From NCBI GenBank assembly GCA_044225175.1, contig JBGAJA010000007.1:13492-77491 (forward strand): a stretch of 64,000 bases of DNA, in the 5' to 3' direction. Below the pieces are notes generated by a model. That model was not told the origin of the DNA, did no database searches, and was given only the letters and a program-made list of their open reading frames with translations. The position numbers were made by a program, and so were the translations under genes. The DNA comes from Candidatus Omnitrophota bacterium (lineage in GTDB: Bacteria > Omnitrophota > Gorgyraeia > Zapsychrales > Fredricksoniimonadaceae). This document shows positions 1-9,857 of this stretch, piece by piece. Numbering within the stretch: position 1 is the first letter of the stretch; each line of letters starts with the position of its first letter.

Positions 1-3000
1 CAATTTATTGTGGATACGGGCAATTCAGGATTATCCGTAGAGACGCAAAATTTTGCGTCTTTCCAAAATGAATCCCAAAGATTAATCAAATACTTCCTAG
101 CGGGCCTAACGATTCCAGAGGGAGATCTATGGGTGAATTTAAGCCCCTATGAGAAAGACAGAATCACGCCTACAGCCTTAGGAGAAACCGAGCTAGGACA
201 CGATTTGCTGGCGCAAGACTATATCTTAAAGCAGTTAACTGCATCGCTTATTTATCCAGAGAAAGACTTAGGTAAGGAGTTCTGGAGCCGGGTGTACCAA
301 CAGGCAAAAGAGAAGTTTGGGACAGCAAACGTGCCAGTTAACACCTTTAACAAAGTATGGATATTGCCGGATGAGGCCCAGGTATTTGAGAATAAAGGTG
401 CTGTGTATGTGACGAAATCGACGTTGAAGGTGATGTTGGATGAGGATTACCTGGCGATGAATAAACATAATGTAGGGGTGGGTTCCAAACCCACCCACAT
501 GAGGGCAGGCCTGCCTGATGTAGGGGTGGGTTCCAAACCCACCCACATGAGGGCAGGCCTGCCTGCCGGACAGGCAGGTTTAGAACCTGCCCCTACGGAT
601 TCAAATTATATCGGATCCAAAATCATCCGTGATATCGTCATTCCCGAAATCACCAAAGAAATTAATACGGGAAAGAATTTCGCACCTTTGCGTCAGATCT
701 ATAGTTCTCTTATCTTGGCTAAGTGGTACAAAGAAACCATCCAAAACGGCCTTTTAGACTCAATTTATACGAATAAGAGCAAGATATTAGGAATTAACCT
801 CTCAGACCCCGCTATGAAGCAAAAGATCTATGAACGCTACCTTCAGGCTTATAAGAAGGGGGTATTTAACTACATTAAGGAAGATGAAGCACCTACAGGG
901 CAAAAAACCCCAAGGAAGTATTTCTCAGGTGGGGCAGTTATAGATATTGATCTTAAAAGAACTAACAATAAAGGTATGATCAGTAGTGAAGGTTCGTTGC
1001 TAGCTTTGCAAGTGAGACTCAATTTGCCTAACGCTGCAATGACAGTCTTAGAAGAATTCATGGTATATCCCCAAAGGGCGATGAGTTTTGATGAGTTTGG
1101 GTTGGGATTGCTGGAGGAATTAGAGCAAGGTCATAGGGTACGCGTTCATGTCTTTGCGCCTCACACAATACAAGAATATATTTCTTGGCAGAAGGTTATG
1201 CCATTTGATACTCCTCAACAACGACTAGCCCATCAAATTGTATTAAATCTTTATAAACAACAAAAGATTAAAAGTATTCAGCTAAAAGCTGATGAGATTA
1301 TTTTAACTTTGAAAGAAAGGGTGATGATCAATGATAAGTCATTGGGTGAGATTCATTTGTATTGGCCAGATTCCCAGGAAATTGCAAGGCCGATCAAACA
1401 GAGATTTAAATCTGTCACGGAAATGGATTTGTTATTAGATTCTGAAAAGTTGACTGATTCTGATTTTATTGGTAAGAATTTCACATCACCTAACGCAGCA
1501 ATCCAAAAGTTATTAGCTTTGCTAGGGAATTTTTATGTCTTAGGGATTTATGATTATCAAGTCCAGACAGCGGAAGATCGAAGTGTACTTTTGCAGGAAT
1601 TAACGAACGATCAAGCAGAACGTGAAAAATATGCTCAACTGATTATTGCGGAAGAAGAATATGCTAAAGTAAAGCGTGATCTAGAATTAGCAGAAAAAGA
1701 AGTGCAACAAAAATTAGAACAACTAAGGTTGGTAGCAATAAAAGAAGCGGAAGAGCAAAGAAAAAGCCAAGAAAGACTTATTAAGCAAAGAGCTAGAGAA
1801 AAATTTGAGAAATATTTTAAAAAGATTTCACACTCTACGTATGTTGTTCCTTCCTTTTTGATTCCATTTTTTCAGAAAATGAAAGAAACAAGAGGTTCAA
1901 AATCCATTTATTTAGCATTGGAAGATTACGTGTCTGACGGGAGTATTGTTAGGATGTATCCTGATTTGCAAGGATTTAAAGTGGATTTTTATGATGGAGA
2001 ATTAAAGGATCCTAATGCCAAAGAGGTATTGATGGATTTGTTGGGTTCAATCAATCCTTTAAATGTGATTGATCAAGAGAATTTGTTAAAGAATCCAGAG
2101 AGTTTGTATGATTTCTTAATATCCGCAGCTTGGGAGGAAGAAACAAATGATTTAAGACTAAACGATAAAATTTATTATGATCAGTATGTCTTTGTGGGGC
2201 AGTATTTACATACTATATTTAAAAGAGACAGGGAAGAGATGATTAATAAGTTGTTAAATAGTTATAAAAGCACTGGGGATGAGTTGGATTTAGTAATGAA
2301 ATTATGGGGATTTCCTCATTTTATTCATTCGGAGGATATGGGAATATTTGATCAATTCTTTCAATCTGTATTAACAGAAACTAATATGATTAGTCTGGGT
2401 GGTTTTATTAAATATGCCGATAAGAGTGCGCCGCATAATATAAATATTTTAAAACTTTTAGGGGAGCGTTATCGGGGGTGGGTAGATGAAAGGTATATGA
2501 GTACCTTTTTGTGTATGGTCTTTATGGAACTTCCTAATCAGGTTATAAATCGATTTGAGCTAATGAAGCAAAGAGTTTTTGATTTGTTTTCTATAGAACT
2601 TAAAGTAAATATGGTGAATATTGAATATTACATTAGAGAACGGCAAATAAGAAATGAAAAGACAGTGATAAAATGGCTGGGAGGCGCTGAATCAAAATTA
2701 GAAGTCTTAATGGGGGGTGCTGTGGGAAGGCAGAAACGTCTTGCTGGCTCATCAAAATCTCTCAATCAAGCGATGATTGTGAAGAATAAAGAAGATTTTT
2801 CTACGGGTGCAGATTTAGCAATGGCTAATGAAGGTGGGGTCATTCAATTTGATAGTTTTGACCATTTTGAAGCGGCGGTTAAGAAGGGCGATTTGGATGC
2901 TAAAGCAAGGATTATAGTTGCAAGTTCGGCTGTTTTAGATGCTCTATTAATTGAATTAAGGGAAGCTTTTTCGGATGGAGTGGCTTTTAATATATTGATT

Positions 3001-4026
3001 AATGCGGTGGCCAAGCTTAAGGGTGAAGATCGAAAGGTATTTAAAGATGGGAAGTATGCTTGGGTAGAAGCATATTTTATTACAAAAGGTTTGTTGTCTA
3101 AAGGTCACCCCTCGCCTCTTCCTCGGGGAGGTATTAAGAGTGAGCTGCGTATAATCTTACAGGCCGCTATAGAAGGTTATTATAAAAGTTTGATTGATTT
3201 TAATGAGGCGCCTGAATTTCTTTTAGGTGATCACATTCCACCCTATATTCGGATATTCGGTTGGGCCAAGAGTATTTATACCTATACGCACAGCCCAAAG
3301 ATTAATAAACGGGTGTTTTCTACAAAGAAAGCAGCTACACAATACATAAAAGATTATATGATGAATCAAAAAATTACTGATGAGTCCTTGATTAGGGGAA
3401 TTATCAACATATTGAATCCTTGGAAATCTTTGAATAAGAAAGAAAAGTTATGGTTCTTTACAGAGCCAGAGTTAAAAATCAATCATACAGATAAAGAAAT
3501 TCTAATTGGGCTTATGGAAAAAGAAGTAAGAAAATATGATCCAAGGACCATCGCTAAAGCTTTAGAGATGGGAGATTCCTTGGAAAATCAAGCAGATAAA
3601 GAAGAGATATTAGGTATTATAAAGAATACGATCTTAGAAAAGTTAACGAGTGGTTTTTCTCAGTTCCAAGATGATAAGTTAGATCGAGTTATTGAAGAAA
3701 AAGCTAAGAAAGTTGGGGTGTTTCTACGATTAGAGAAGATTGAAAACGGATATAATCAGGATAGATTTGGTTTTAAATTAGTAGATATGGCTATGATGAA
3801 TAAGTCTCTTAATGCTCCTGGGGGTATTGATCTTAATCCAGTCCATATTCATCGTACGGGAAAAACAATTGCTGTTCAATTCGATCCTGCCCAACTCAAT
3901 GCGCTTATGCAAGGGGGTTTTGAAGGCTTTTCTCCTGTGATCATCAATATAAGACCTATTGAAAGCCCTTTACCATTGCTTGGAGTTGCCTCCCGCAGGG
4001 AAGAATCCGACTTGGCTAAGATCTGA
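1..4026 (+). CDS. Giant hypothetical protein, paralog A (5' end outside window; more than 1338 aa); conserved N- and C-terminal domains shared with the ORF at 45091..49689; central KE-rich coiled-coil
   Basis: Reading frame is open from nt 1, and the ORF track starts at 10 with no upstream stop. Residues 26-300 align with residues ~105-380 of the 45091 ORF (LIKYFLA[GS]LTIPEGDLWVNLSPYEK..., ...RYLQA[YF]KKGV[FY]NYIK). The C-terminal ~70 aa are also shared (GGID...F.PVIINI.P). Confidence 0.8.
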   Translation, partial: QFIVDTGNSGLSVETQNFASFQNESQRLIKYFLAGLTIPEGDLWVNLSPYEKDRITPTALGETELGHDLLAQDYILKQLTASLIYPEKDLGKEFWSRVYQQAKEKFGTANVPVNTFNKVWILPDEAQVFENKGAVYVTKSTLKVMLDEDYLAMNKHNVGVGSKPTHMRAGLPDVGVGSKPTHMRAGLPAGQAGLEPAPTDSNYIGSKIIRDIVIPEITKEINTGKNFAPLRQIYSSLILAKWYKETIQNGLLDSIYTNKSKILGINLSDPAMKQKIYERYLQAYKKGVFNYIKEDEAPTGQKTPRKYFSGGAVIDIDLKRTNNKGMISSEGSLLALQVRLNLPNAAMTVLEEFMVYPQRAMSFDEFGLGLLEELEQGHRVRVHVFAPHTIQEYISWQKVMPFDTPQQRLAHQIVLNLYKQQKIKSIQLKADEIILTLKERVMINDKSLGEIHLYWPDSQEIARPIKQRFKSVTEMDLLLDSEKLTDSDFIGKNFTSPNAAIQKLLALLGNFYVLGIYDYQVQTAEDRSVLLQELTNDQAEREKYAQLIIAEEEYAKVKRDLELAEKEVQQKLEQLRLVAIKEAEEQRKSQERLIKQRAREKFEKYFKKISHSTYVVPSFLIPFFQKMKETRGSKSIYLALEDYVSDGSIVRMYPDLQGFKVDFYDGELKDPNAKEVLMDLLGSINPLNVIDQENLLKNPESLYDFLISAAWEEETNDLRLNDKIYYDQYVFVGQYLHTIFKRDREEMINKLLNSYKSTGDELDLVMKLWGFPHFIHSEDMGIFDQFFQSVLTETNMISLGGFIKYADKSAPHNINILKLLGERYRGWVDERYMSTFLCMVFMELPNQVINRFELMKQRVFDLFSIELKVNMVNIEYYIRERQIRNEKTVIKWLGGAESKLEVLMGGAVGRQKRLAGSSKSLNQAMIVKNKEDFSTGADLAMANEGGVIQFDSFDHFEAAVKKGDLDAKARIIVASSAVLDALLIELREAFSDGVAFNILINAVAKLKGEDRKVFKDGKYAWVEAYFITKGLLSKGHPSPLPRGGIKSELRIILQAAIEGYYKSLIDFNEAPEFLLGDHIPPYIRIFGWAKSIYTYTHSPKINKRVFSTKKAATQYIKDYMMNQKITDESLIRGIINILNPWKSLNKKEKLWFFTEPELKINHTDKEILIGLMEKEVRKYDPRTIAKALEMGDSLENQADKEEILGIIKNTILEKLTSGFSQFQDDKLDRVIEEKAKKVGVFLRLEKIENGYNQDRFGFKLVDMAMMNKSLNAPGGIDLNPVHIHRTGKTIAVQFDPAQLNALMQGGFEGFSPVIINIRPIESPLPLLGVASRREESDLAKI
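472..596. mobile_element. In-frame palindromic (MITE/RPE-like) element inside giant gene A; GTAGGGG...CCCCTAC termini, two perfect hairpins, internal 48-nt tandem duplication (472..519, 520..567)
   Basis: GGGTGGGTT-cca-AACCCACCC gives a 9-bp perfect stem. GGCAGGCCTGCC is a palindrome. The unit gtaggggtgggttccaaacccacccacatgagggcaggcctgcctg occurs twice in tandem. The outer termini gtagggg / cccctac are inverted. It encodes NVGVGSKPTHMRAGLPDVGVGSKPTHMRAGLP... Confidence 0.55.
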
Positions 4027-4038
4027 GAGAAAAATAAA

Positions 4039-4066
4039 TTGACAAATAAAGTCTTTTTGCGATAAT
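4039..4066 (+). promoter_or_regulatory. Sigma70-like promoter upstream of rpsA (TTGACA, 16-nt spacer, GATAAT)
   Basis: ttgaca at 4039-4044 and gataat at 4061-4066, about 70 nt upstream of the rpsA ATG. Confidence 0.4.
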
Positions 4067-4138
4067 GGCCGTCACTTTGAAACCACAGCAGCGCCTGTCT
4101 TCAAAGAATCTAATCAAAAGAAAGAGGATCACAAGAAC

Positions 4139-5692
4139 ATGAGTACTACAACAACACCAAAATCAGTTATGGAGGAGCTCTACGAGAGCACCTTAAAAGA
4201 TATAAAGGAAGGAGAAATCATCAAGGGCACAGTTGCCGCGGTGAATGCGAAAGAAGTTATCGTCGACATCGGGTTTAAATCTGAAGGATTTGTGCCTATT
4301 GAAGAGTTTCGCAACTTAGCAGATTTTGCCGTAGGTAGTCAAATCGAAGTTCTCATTGAGAACATTGAAGATGATAACGGTCGCTTAATCCTTTCTTACG
4401 GAAAAGCTGAACGCCTCAAAGGTTGGCAGAAAATTTCCGATGATATTAACGAAGGCGATATTGTTGACGGTCGCGTTGTTCGCGCAGTCAAAGGTGGATA
4501 TATCGTCGATGTATTTGGCATTGAAGCATTCCTACCAATGTCACTTTCCGCATTTAAAGGCATTTCCAACAACGATATTACAGTTAAGAATTTCAAATTC
4601 GTCGTAGCTAAAATGAATAAGCAAAGACGCAATTTGATTCTTTCACGCCGTGAGATGGTTCAAAAAGAACGCGAAGAAGTTCGTGAAAAGCTTTGGGGCG
4701 ATCTTAAAAAAGGTCAAAAACGCAAAGGAACTGTTAAGGGTATTACAGATTTCGGTGCGTTTATTGATTTAGGCGGGGTTGATGGTCTTCTTCATATCAC
4801 AGATATGAGCTGGAGCCGTATCAATCATCCTTCTGAAATTGTATCTGTTGGGCAAAAGATCGAAGTGTTGATCCTTGATTTCGATCAAGCCAACGCTAAG
4901 GTGTCTTTAGGTCTTAAGCAAATTGTAGCTAATCCTTGGGATGAAGCTGCTGCCAAGTTCCCTGCTGGAGCTAGAATTAAGGGAAAGATTGTTAATATTA
5001 TGCCATATGGTGTGTTTGTTGAAATCGATCGTGGCATTGAAGGTTTATTACACGCTTCTGAGATTTCTTGGCAAAAGAAGATTGTTAATCCTCAAGAAAT
5101 GTTCAAATTAGGCGATGTTCTTGATGTTCAGATCATCAACGTGGATAAAGATGCAAAACGTATCTCCTTAAGTATGAAACAGTTAGAAGAAAATCCTTGG
5201 GGGAATGCAGCTGCTAAGTTCAATGTTGGCGATAAGATCAAGGGTGTTGTTCGTGGATTTACCGATTATGGAGCTTTCATTGAATTAGAAAGCGGGTTAG
5301 AAGGTATGATCCATGTTTCTGATATGTCTTGGACCAAAAAAGTCAATCATCCTCAAGAAGTTCTTCAAAAAGGACAATCTTTGGATGTGGTTGTTCAGGC
5401 AGTGGATGCTGAGAATCGTAAGATTACTTTAGGTCTTAAGCAATTAGAATCTAATCCTTGGAATGAAATTGCTCAGAAGTTTCCAGTTGGTTCTGAAGTA
5501 GCCTCCGAAGTTGTGATGAACTCAAACTTTGGTGTGTTTGTTAAATTAGAAGGTGATATCGAAGCTTTGGTATACTCCTCTGAAATTGATAAACAACAAG
5601 CTGCGTCATTGAAACCAGGTGATAAGCTTCAAGTTAAGATTATTAAAGTTGACGTCGAAGGCATGAAAATCGGCGTTTCAGCTAAATTGTAA
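4139..5692 (+). CDS. rpsA: 30S ribosomal protein S1
   Basis: 517 aa with repeated S1 domains (GDIVDGRVV..., GQKRKGTVKGITDFGAFIDLG..., HASEISW..., HVSDMSW...). Confidence 0.85.
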   Translation: MSTTTTPKSVMEELYESTLKDIKEGEIIKGTVAAVNAKEVIVDIGFKSEGFVPIEEFRNLADFAVGSQIEVLIENIEDDNGRLILSYGKAERLKGWQKISDDINEGDIVDGRVVRAVKGGYIVDVFGIEAFLPMSLSAFKGISNNDITVKNFKFVVAKMNKQRRNLILSRREMVQKEREEVREKLWGDLKKGQKRKGTVKGITDFGAFIDLGGVDGLLHITDMSWSRINHPSEIVSVGQKIEVLILDFDQANAKVSLGLKQIVANPWDEAAAKFPAGARIKGKIVNIMPYGVFVEIDRGIEGLLHASEISWQKKIVNPQEMFKLGDVLDVQIINVDKDAKRISLSMKQLEENPWGNAAAKFNVGDKIKGVVRGFTDYGAFIELESGLEGMIHVSDMSWTKKVNHPQEVLQKGQSLDVVVQAVDAENRKITLGLKQLESNPWNEIAQKFPVGSEVASEVVMNSNFGVFVKLEGDIEALVYSSEIDKQQAASLKPGDKLQVKIIKVDVEGMKIGVSAKL

Positions 5693-5703
5693 TTAAGTTT
5701 ATA

Positions 5704-5755
5704 GGGGTAGGACATAAGGAATACCCGTTGTTCCTTATCTCTTACCCCTTATCTT
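5704..5755 (+). terminator. Hairpin terminator after rpsA
   Basis: ggggtagga...ataaggaa-tacccgttg-ttccttat...tcttacccc is a nested imperfect stem, followed by a T-rich ttatcttttt. Confidence 0.4.
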
Positions 5756-5765
5756 TTTATCCCTT

Positions 5766-6914
5766 ATGTCATCCCAAGACGCTATTCAAAAAATCTCCCG
5801 TGGCACAACCGAAATCATCTCCCAAGAAGATTTAGCTAAGAAATTAGCCCTTAAACGTCCATTAGTGATTAAAGCTGGTTTTGATCCAACTGCACCCGAT
5901 ATTCACCTAGGGCATGTGGTTTTATTGAAGAAAATGCGTCAATTTCAGGATTTGGGACATAGGGTGGTCTTTTTAATCGGAGATTTTACAGCCCAGGTAG
6001 GGGATCCAACAGGCCGTAATGAGCTTCGTAAGAAGATGACGCTCGAAGATATTGAACAAAACGCTAAAACCTATAAAGTGCAAGTGTTTAAGGTCTTAGA
6101 TCCACAAAAAACAGAGGTCGTTTTCAATAGTCATTGGCTTAGTAAGCTAACTCCTCAAGATTTATTAGAACTCTCCGCAAGGTCTACGGTAGCTCAGATG
6201 CTAGCCCGTGCAGATTTCAAGAAACGTTTTGAATCAGGTCGTGAAATAAGCCTTTTAGAGTTTATTTATCCCTTATTGCAGGGCTACGATTCAGTCCATT
6301 TGAAGGCAGATGTGGAATTAGGGGGTAATGACCAAAAGTTTAACTTGCTAATGGGGCGTCAATTACAAGAAAGCTATTCACAAACCCCTCAAGTAGTTGT
6401 CATGACTCCATTGCTTGAAGGCACCGATGGTGTTCAAAAGATGAGCAAGTCACTAAATAACTATATTGGGATTAATGAGAGTGCGAATGATATCTTTGGT
6501 AAGGTGATGTCAATCAGCGATGTTCTGATGCTTCGCTATTATGAACTTTTAACTGATGTAGATTTAGAGTCAATCAAGCAAATGCATCCTAAAGATGCTA
6601 AGATGCAATTAGCTCAAATGATTGTTGAGATGTTTCATCCAACAGGTGAAGGACTAAAGGCTCGTTCTTATTTTCAAGAAACATTTAGTCAGCACCAAAC
6701 GCCACAAGATATTCCAGAAATTAAATTCTCACAAGAACAAAAATTATTGGATTTGCTCATCTTAGAGAAAATAATTGCTTCCAAAAATGAAGGTCGTCGT
6801 TTGCTTAAAGAGGGGGCTGTTTCTCACGATGGTTTTGTTATATCCGACGAGAATTGGCCTTTAAAATCAGGCGTCATTAAAGTGGGAAAGCGTCGTTTTT
6901 TAAGATTATTGTAA
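5766..6914 (+). CDS. tyrS: Tyrosyl-tRNA synthetase (type with KMSKS and C-terminal S4-like domain)
   Basis: HIGH motif (HLGH), FLIGDFTAQVGDPTGR, KMSKS, C-terminal S4-like RNA-binding domain. Confidence 0.75.
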   Translation: MSSQDAIQKISRGTTEIISQEDLAKKLALKRPLVIKAGFDPTAPDIHLGHVVLLKKMRQFQDLGHRVVFLIGDFTAQVGDPTGRNELRKKMTLEDIEQNAKTYKVQVFKVLDPQKTEVVFNSHWLSKLTPQDLLELSARSTVAQMLARADFKKRFESGREISLLEFIYPLLQGYDSVHLKADVELGGNDQKFNLLMGRQLQESYSQTPQVVVMTPLLEGTDGVQKMSKSLNNYIGINESANDIFGKVMSISDVLMLRYYELLTDVDLESIKQMHPKDAKMQLAQMIVEMFHPTGEGLKARSYFQETFSQHQTPQDIPEIKFSQEQKLLDLLILEKIIASKNEGRRLLKEGAVSHDGFVISDENWPLKSGVIKVGKRRFLRLL

Positions 6915-6941
6915 GTAGTTGATAATAGTTGAATTTTACTC

Positions 6942-6970
6942 TTGACAAAAAAAAATTCAGCAGATATACT
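6942..6970 (+). promoter_or_regulatory. Sigma70-like promoter upstream of tRNA-Thr (TTGACA, 17-nt spacer, TATACT)
   Basis: ttgaca at 6942-6947 and tatact at 6965-6970. Confidence 0.45.
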
Positions 6971-7034
6971 TTTCGCTCATTTGTTTCACGCTGCAGGCGG
7001 CGGTATATCTGGTGATAAATAAACTTAATCACTT

Positions 7035-7107
7035 GCCCCTGTAGCTCAGTTGGTAGAGCACGTCCTTGGTAAGGACGAGGTCAGCGGTTCAATACCGCTC
7101 GGGGGCT
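7035..7107 (+). tRNA. tRNA-Thr (anticodon GGU)
   Basis: Cloverleaf: acceptor gcccctg/cgggggc, anticodon stem cgtcc/ggacg with loop ttGGTaa, T-arm agcgg-ttcaata-ccgct. Confidence 0.8.
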
Positions 7108-7190
7108 TAAAATTTAGTAGTTCACAATAATCTTCATGTGACCCGGCAAAATACAGACCGGGGAGCGCGAAAATAAGTTCGGAATAAAAT

Positions 7191-7343
7191 ATGCGCGAGA
7201 CAATTCATTTTCAATGCACACAGTGCAATCGTATCATGTATACCAGCACCAAAGACAAGAAACAACATCCTGAAAGAATTGAACTTAAAAAATTTTGTTC
7301 TTTCTGTCGCAAGCATGTTGTTCATAAGGAAACGAAAAAGTAA
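7191..7343 (+). CDS. rpmG: 50S ribosomal protein L33 (50 aa; absent from ORF track because it is shorter than 60 aa)
   Basis: MRETIHFQCTQCNRIMYTSTKDKKQHPERIELKKFCSFCRKHVVHKETKK carries the Cys4 zinc ribbon and the LKKFC..CRKH..HKE signature of L33. It sits at the conserved position before tRNA-Trp-secE. Confidence 0.8.
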   Translation: MRETIHFQCTQCNRIMYTSTKDKKQHPERIELKKFCSFCRKHVVHKETKK

Positions 7344-7365
7344 TTAAGGCTGTAACGTACACATA

Positions 7366-7438
7366 GGCCAGTAGCTCCAATTGGTAGAGCGACGGTCTCC
7401 AAAACCGTGCGTTGCAGGTTCAAATCCTGTCTGGCCTG
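7366..7438 (+). tRNA. tRNA-Trp (anticodon CCA)
   Basis: Acceptor ggccagt/ctggcct, anticodon stem acggt/accgt with loop ctCCAaa; conserved position before secE. Confidence 0.8.
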
Positions 7439-7496
7439 TTTAATTTATTTTACTTAGAGTAATTAACATAGCCAAAATTTTGGGTAAGTATTACAA

Positions 7497-7682
7497 ATGA
7501 TCGTTAAAGTTCAAAATTTTATTGGTGAAGTTTTAGCAGAAATGAAAAAAGTTTCTTGGGTTACTCGTCAAGAACTTTGGGATTCAACTCTGATTGTTTT
7601 AGCAAGTGCTTTGCTTTTAGGGGTATATGTCACTCTTATCGATTTTTTTCTTTCAAAAGGAGTCGCTCACCTGATTAGGTGA
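7497..7682 (+). CDS. secE: Preprotein translocase subunit SecE
   Basis: 61-aa single-TM protein with the SecE motif (VSWVTRQEL...TLIVLAS) located immediately before nusG. Confidence 0.8.
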   Translation: MIVKVQNFIGEVLAEMKKVSWVTRQELWDSTLIVLASALLLGVYVTLIDFFLSKGVAHLIR

Positions 7683-7689
7683 AATTTAT

Positions 7690-8214
7690 ATGAAATGGTT
7701 CGTTGTTCATACTCAAACAGGTGCAGAAGAGAGAGCTAGAGCAGGTTTAGAAAGTCGTATGGCTACGACAGCTCTAAAACAATATATAGGTGAAGTAGTT
7801 GTTCCTACCGAACAGGTTTCTGAAGTTCGTGGTGGAAAAAAAAGAATTACAAGTCGTAAATTTTTTCCTGGTTATATTTTAATTAAGATGGAGATGAATA
7901 AAGAGAGTTGGTATTTGGTTAAAACAACTCCAGGAATTACAGGTTTTATTGGTCCAGGTAATCAGCCTCAACCTTTGACTGATACTGAAGTAGATAATAT
8001 TTTAAAACGTACTGAAGAGACAGGTTCAAAGCCAAGTCCAAAGATTGTGTTTGAAGTTAGTGAAGCTGTTCGCATCGCGCAAGGGCCGTTTGCGAACTTC
8101 AATGGTTCTGTGATGGAAGTTTATCCAGACCGAGGAAAATTAAAGGTAAGTGTCTCCATATTTGGTCGTTCAACATTGGTTGAACTCGAATATTGGCAAG
8201 TTGAAAAGATTTAG
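7690..8214 (+). CDS. nusG: Transcription termination/antitermination factor NusG
   Basis: KWFVVHTQTGAEERA... NGN domain plus C-terminal KOW domain; secE-nusG-rplK context. Confidence 0.9.
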   Translation: MKWFVVHTQTGAEERARAGLESRMATTALKQYIGEVVVPTEQVSEVRGGKKRITSRKFFPGYILIKMEMNKESWYLVKTTPGITGFIGPGNQPQPLTDTEVDNILKRTEETGSKPSPKIVFEVSEAVRIAQGPFANFNGSVMEVYPDRGKLKVSVSIFGRSTLVELEYWQVEKI

Positions 8215-8221
8215 GTGAATT

Positions 8222-8647
8222 ATGGCAAAAGAAGTCGTCGCTCAAATTAAACTCTACGTACCTGCAGGTCAAGCGAATCCTGCGCCTCCGGTTGGTCCTG
8301 CTTTAGGTCAACATGGTGTAAACATTATGATGTTCTGTAAGGCCTTTAACGATAAAACTAAAGGCAAAGAAGCGCTACCTCTCCCAGTTATTATTTCCGT
8401 ATACAAAGACAAATCATTTGATTTTGTCATTAAAACACCACCAACCTCAGCTTTAATTAAGAAGTCAGCTAAATTAGCTAAAGCTTCTGGTACAGCTGGT
8501 AAGGAAGTCATTGGAACATTAACAACTAAGCAAGTAGAAGAAATTGCAAAGTTGAAAATGGATGACTTAAACACCATCGATATGGCCGAAGCAATTATCA
8601 CCATCTCTGGTACAGCCCGTAGTATGGGGATTGAAGTCAAAGGGTAA
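8222..8647 (+). CDS. rplK: 50S ribosomal protein L11
   Basis: [36 protein letters not shown]. Confidence 0.95.
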   Translation: MAKEVVAQIKLYVPAGQANPAPPVGPALGQHGVNIMMFCKAFNDKTKGKEALPLPVIISVYKDKSFDFVIKTPPTSALIKKSAKLAKASGTAGKEVIGTLTTKQVEEIAKLKMDDLNTIDMAEAIITISGTARSMGIEVKG

Positions 8648-8650
8648 ACA

Positions 8651-9335
8651 TATGTCAAGAATAAGTAAAAGAATGAAAGAAGTAAATCGTATCGTAGAAG
8701 GAGTGGTAAATCCAATTTCCTTAAATGAAGCTATTTCTTATTTGTCTAAGTCTCCTAAAGTCAAATTTGATGAGACTGTTGAAATGCATTTTAATTTAAA
8801 TGTAGATATGAAATCTTCAGATCAAGGTGTTCGTGGAACTGTCGTACTACCACACGGTAGTGGTAAAACTGTAAAGGTCGCTGTGTTCTGTAAAGGGGAT
8901 GCAATTGCTAAGGCAGAAGCTGCTGGTGCTGATTATGTGGGCAGTAATGACTTAATTGATAAAGTTTTTGGTGGTTTTATGGATTTTGATGTTGTCGTTG
9001 CAACTCCTGATATGATGCGTGATATCAGCAAGTTAGGTAAGGTTTTAGGTCCTCGTGGTCTTATGCCAACACCTAAGGCCGGAACCGTTACAACGGACGT
9101 CGAACGTACGATTAAAGAAGTTAAAGCTGGTCGTGTAGAATTTAAATCTGATAAACAAGGCGGAATACATCTTGGTATCGGAAAAAGATCTTTCGATCAA
9201 GCAAAGTTAATTGAAAACGCTCAGCAAGTCATTGAAGCTATCAATCATGCTAAGCCATCAACTGTTAAAGGTAACTTGATTAAAAGTTTGTCTGTGGCAA
9301 CCACTATGGGCCCAGGAGTGAAGGTGGTCATATGA
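8651..9335 (+). CDS. rplA: 50S ribosomal protein L1 (start taken at the ATG at 8651; the ORF track's 8631 start overlaps rplK)
   Basis: L1 family sequence in the rplK-rplA-rplJ-rplL context. Confidence 0.9.
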
Positions 9336-9856
9336 AAGTCGGACAATTATTTCGTCAAAGAATTTCTACTTCAGTTAAAGAAGGTGTAACAAAGAAAAGT
9401 AATGCTTTTGTTGTTACTTGGTCTGGAATTTCTTCTGCAAAGATGGACTCTTTGCGTAAAGATTTGAGACGAAAGAAAGCTAGCGTATTAGTTTCTAAGA
9501 CATCAATAGCTCGTCTTGCTTTGAAGGAATCCAAATACGAAGCTTTAGCCAACCGTCTTAATGGACAAATGGCTTTGGTTTTAAGTGATTCGGATGCAAG
9601 TGAAGTTTCAAAAGTTTTGATGAATTTCTCAAAAACTTATGAAGGATTTGTTGTTCAAGGTGGTTTGTATAATGGTGCAGAATTAAGCCCAGAAGAAGTG
9701 AAAACATTATCAGATCTGCCTTCAAGAGAAGTGCTTTTAGCCCAATTTATCGGTACTCTGCAAGCTCCAATTACTCGTTTTGCAGGTGCTTTAAACGCCA
9801 AGTCACGAGATTTTGTCTCGATATTAAAACAGAAAAGTGAAAAGGGAGGAAATTAA
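9332..9856 (+). CDS. rplJ: 50S ribosomal protein L10
   Basis: Position between rplA and rplL; L10-like sequence. Confidence 0.85.
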   Translation: MKVGQLFRQRISTSVKEGVTKKSNAFVVTWSGISSAKMDSLRKDLRRKKASVLVSKTSIARLALKESKYEALANRLNGQMALVLSDSDASEVSKVLMNFSKTYEGFVVQGGLYNGAELSPEEVKTLSDLPSREVLLAQFIGTLQAPITRFAGALNAKSRDFVSILKQKSEKGGN

Positions 9857-9857
9857 G

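Noticed and set aside
472-567. Possible CRISPR array suggested by the 48-nt direct repeats
   Set aside because: Only two tandem copies with no spacers, and the repeat is translated in-frame inside a long ORF. It is a tandem duplication of a palindromic element, not a CRISPR.
4396-4632. 78-aa minus-strand ORF inside rpsA
   Set aside because: Antisense to conserved S1 domains. Spurious.
7134-7325. 63-aa minus-strand ORF between the tRNAs
   Set aside because: The region is occupied on the + strand by the well-conserved rpmG (L33) gene. The minus ORF has no recognisable features.
8308-8715. 135-aa minus-strand ORF overlapping rplK/rplA
   Set aside because: Antisense shadow of the ribosomal protein genes, with no conserved features.
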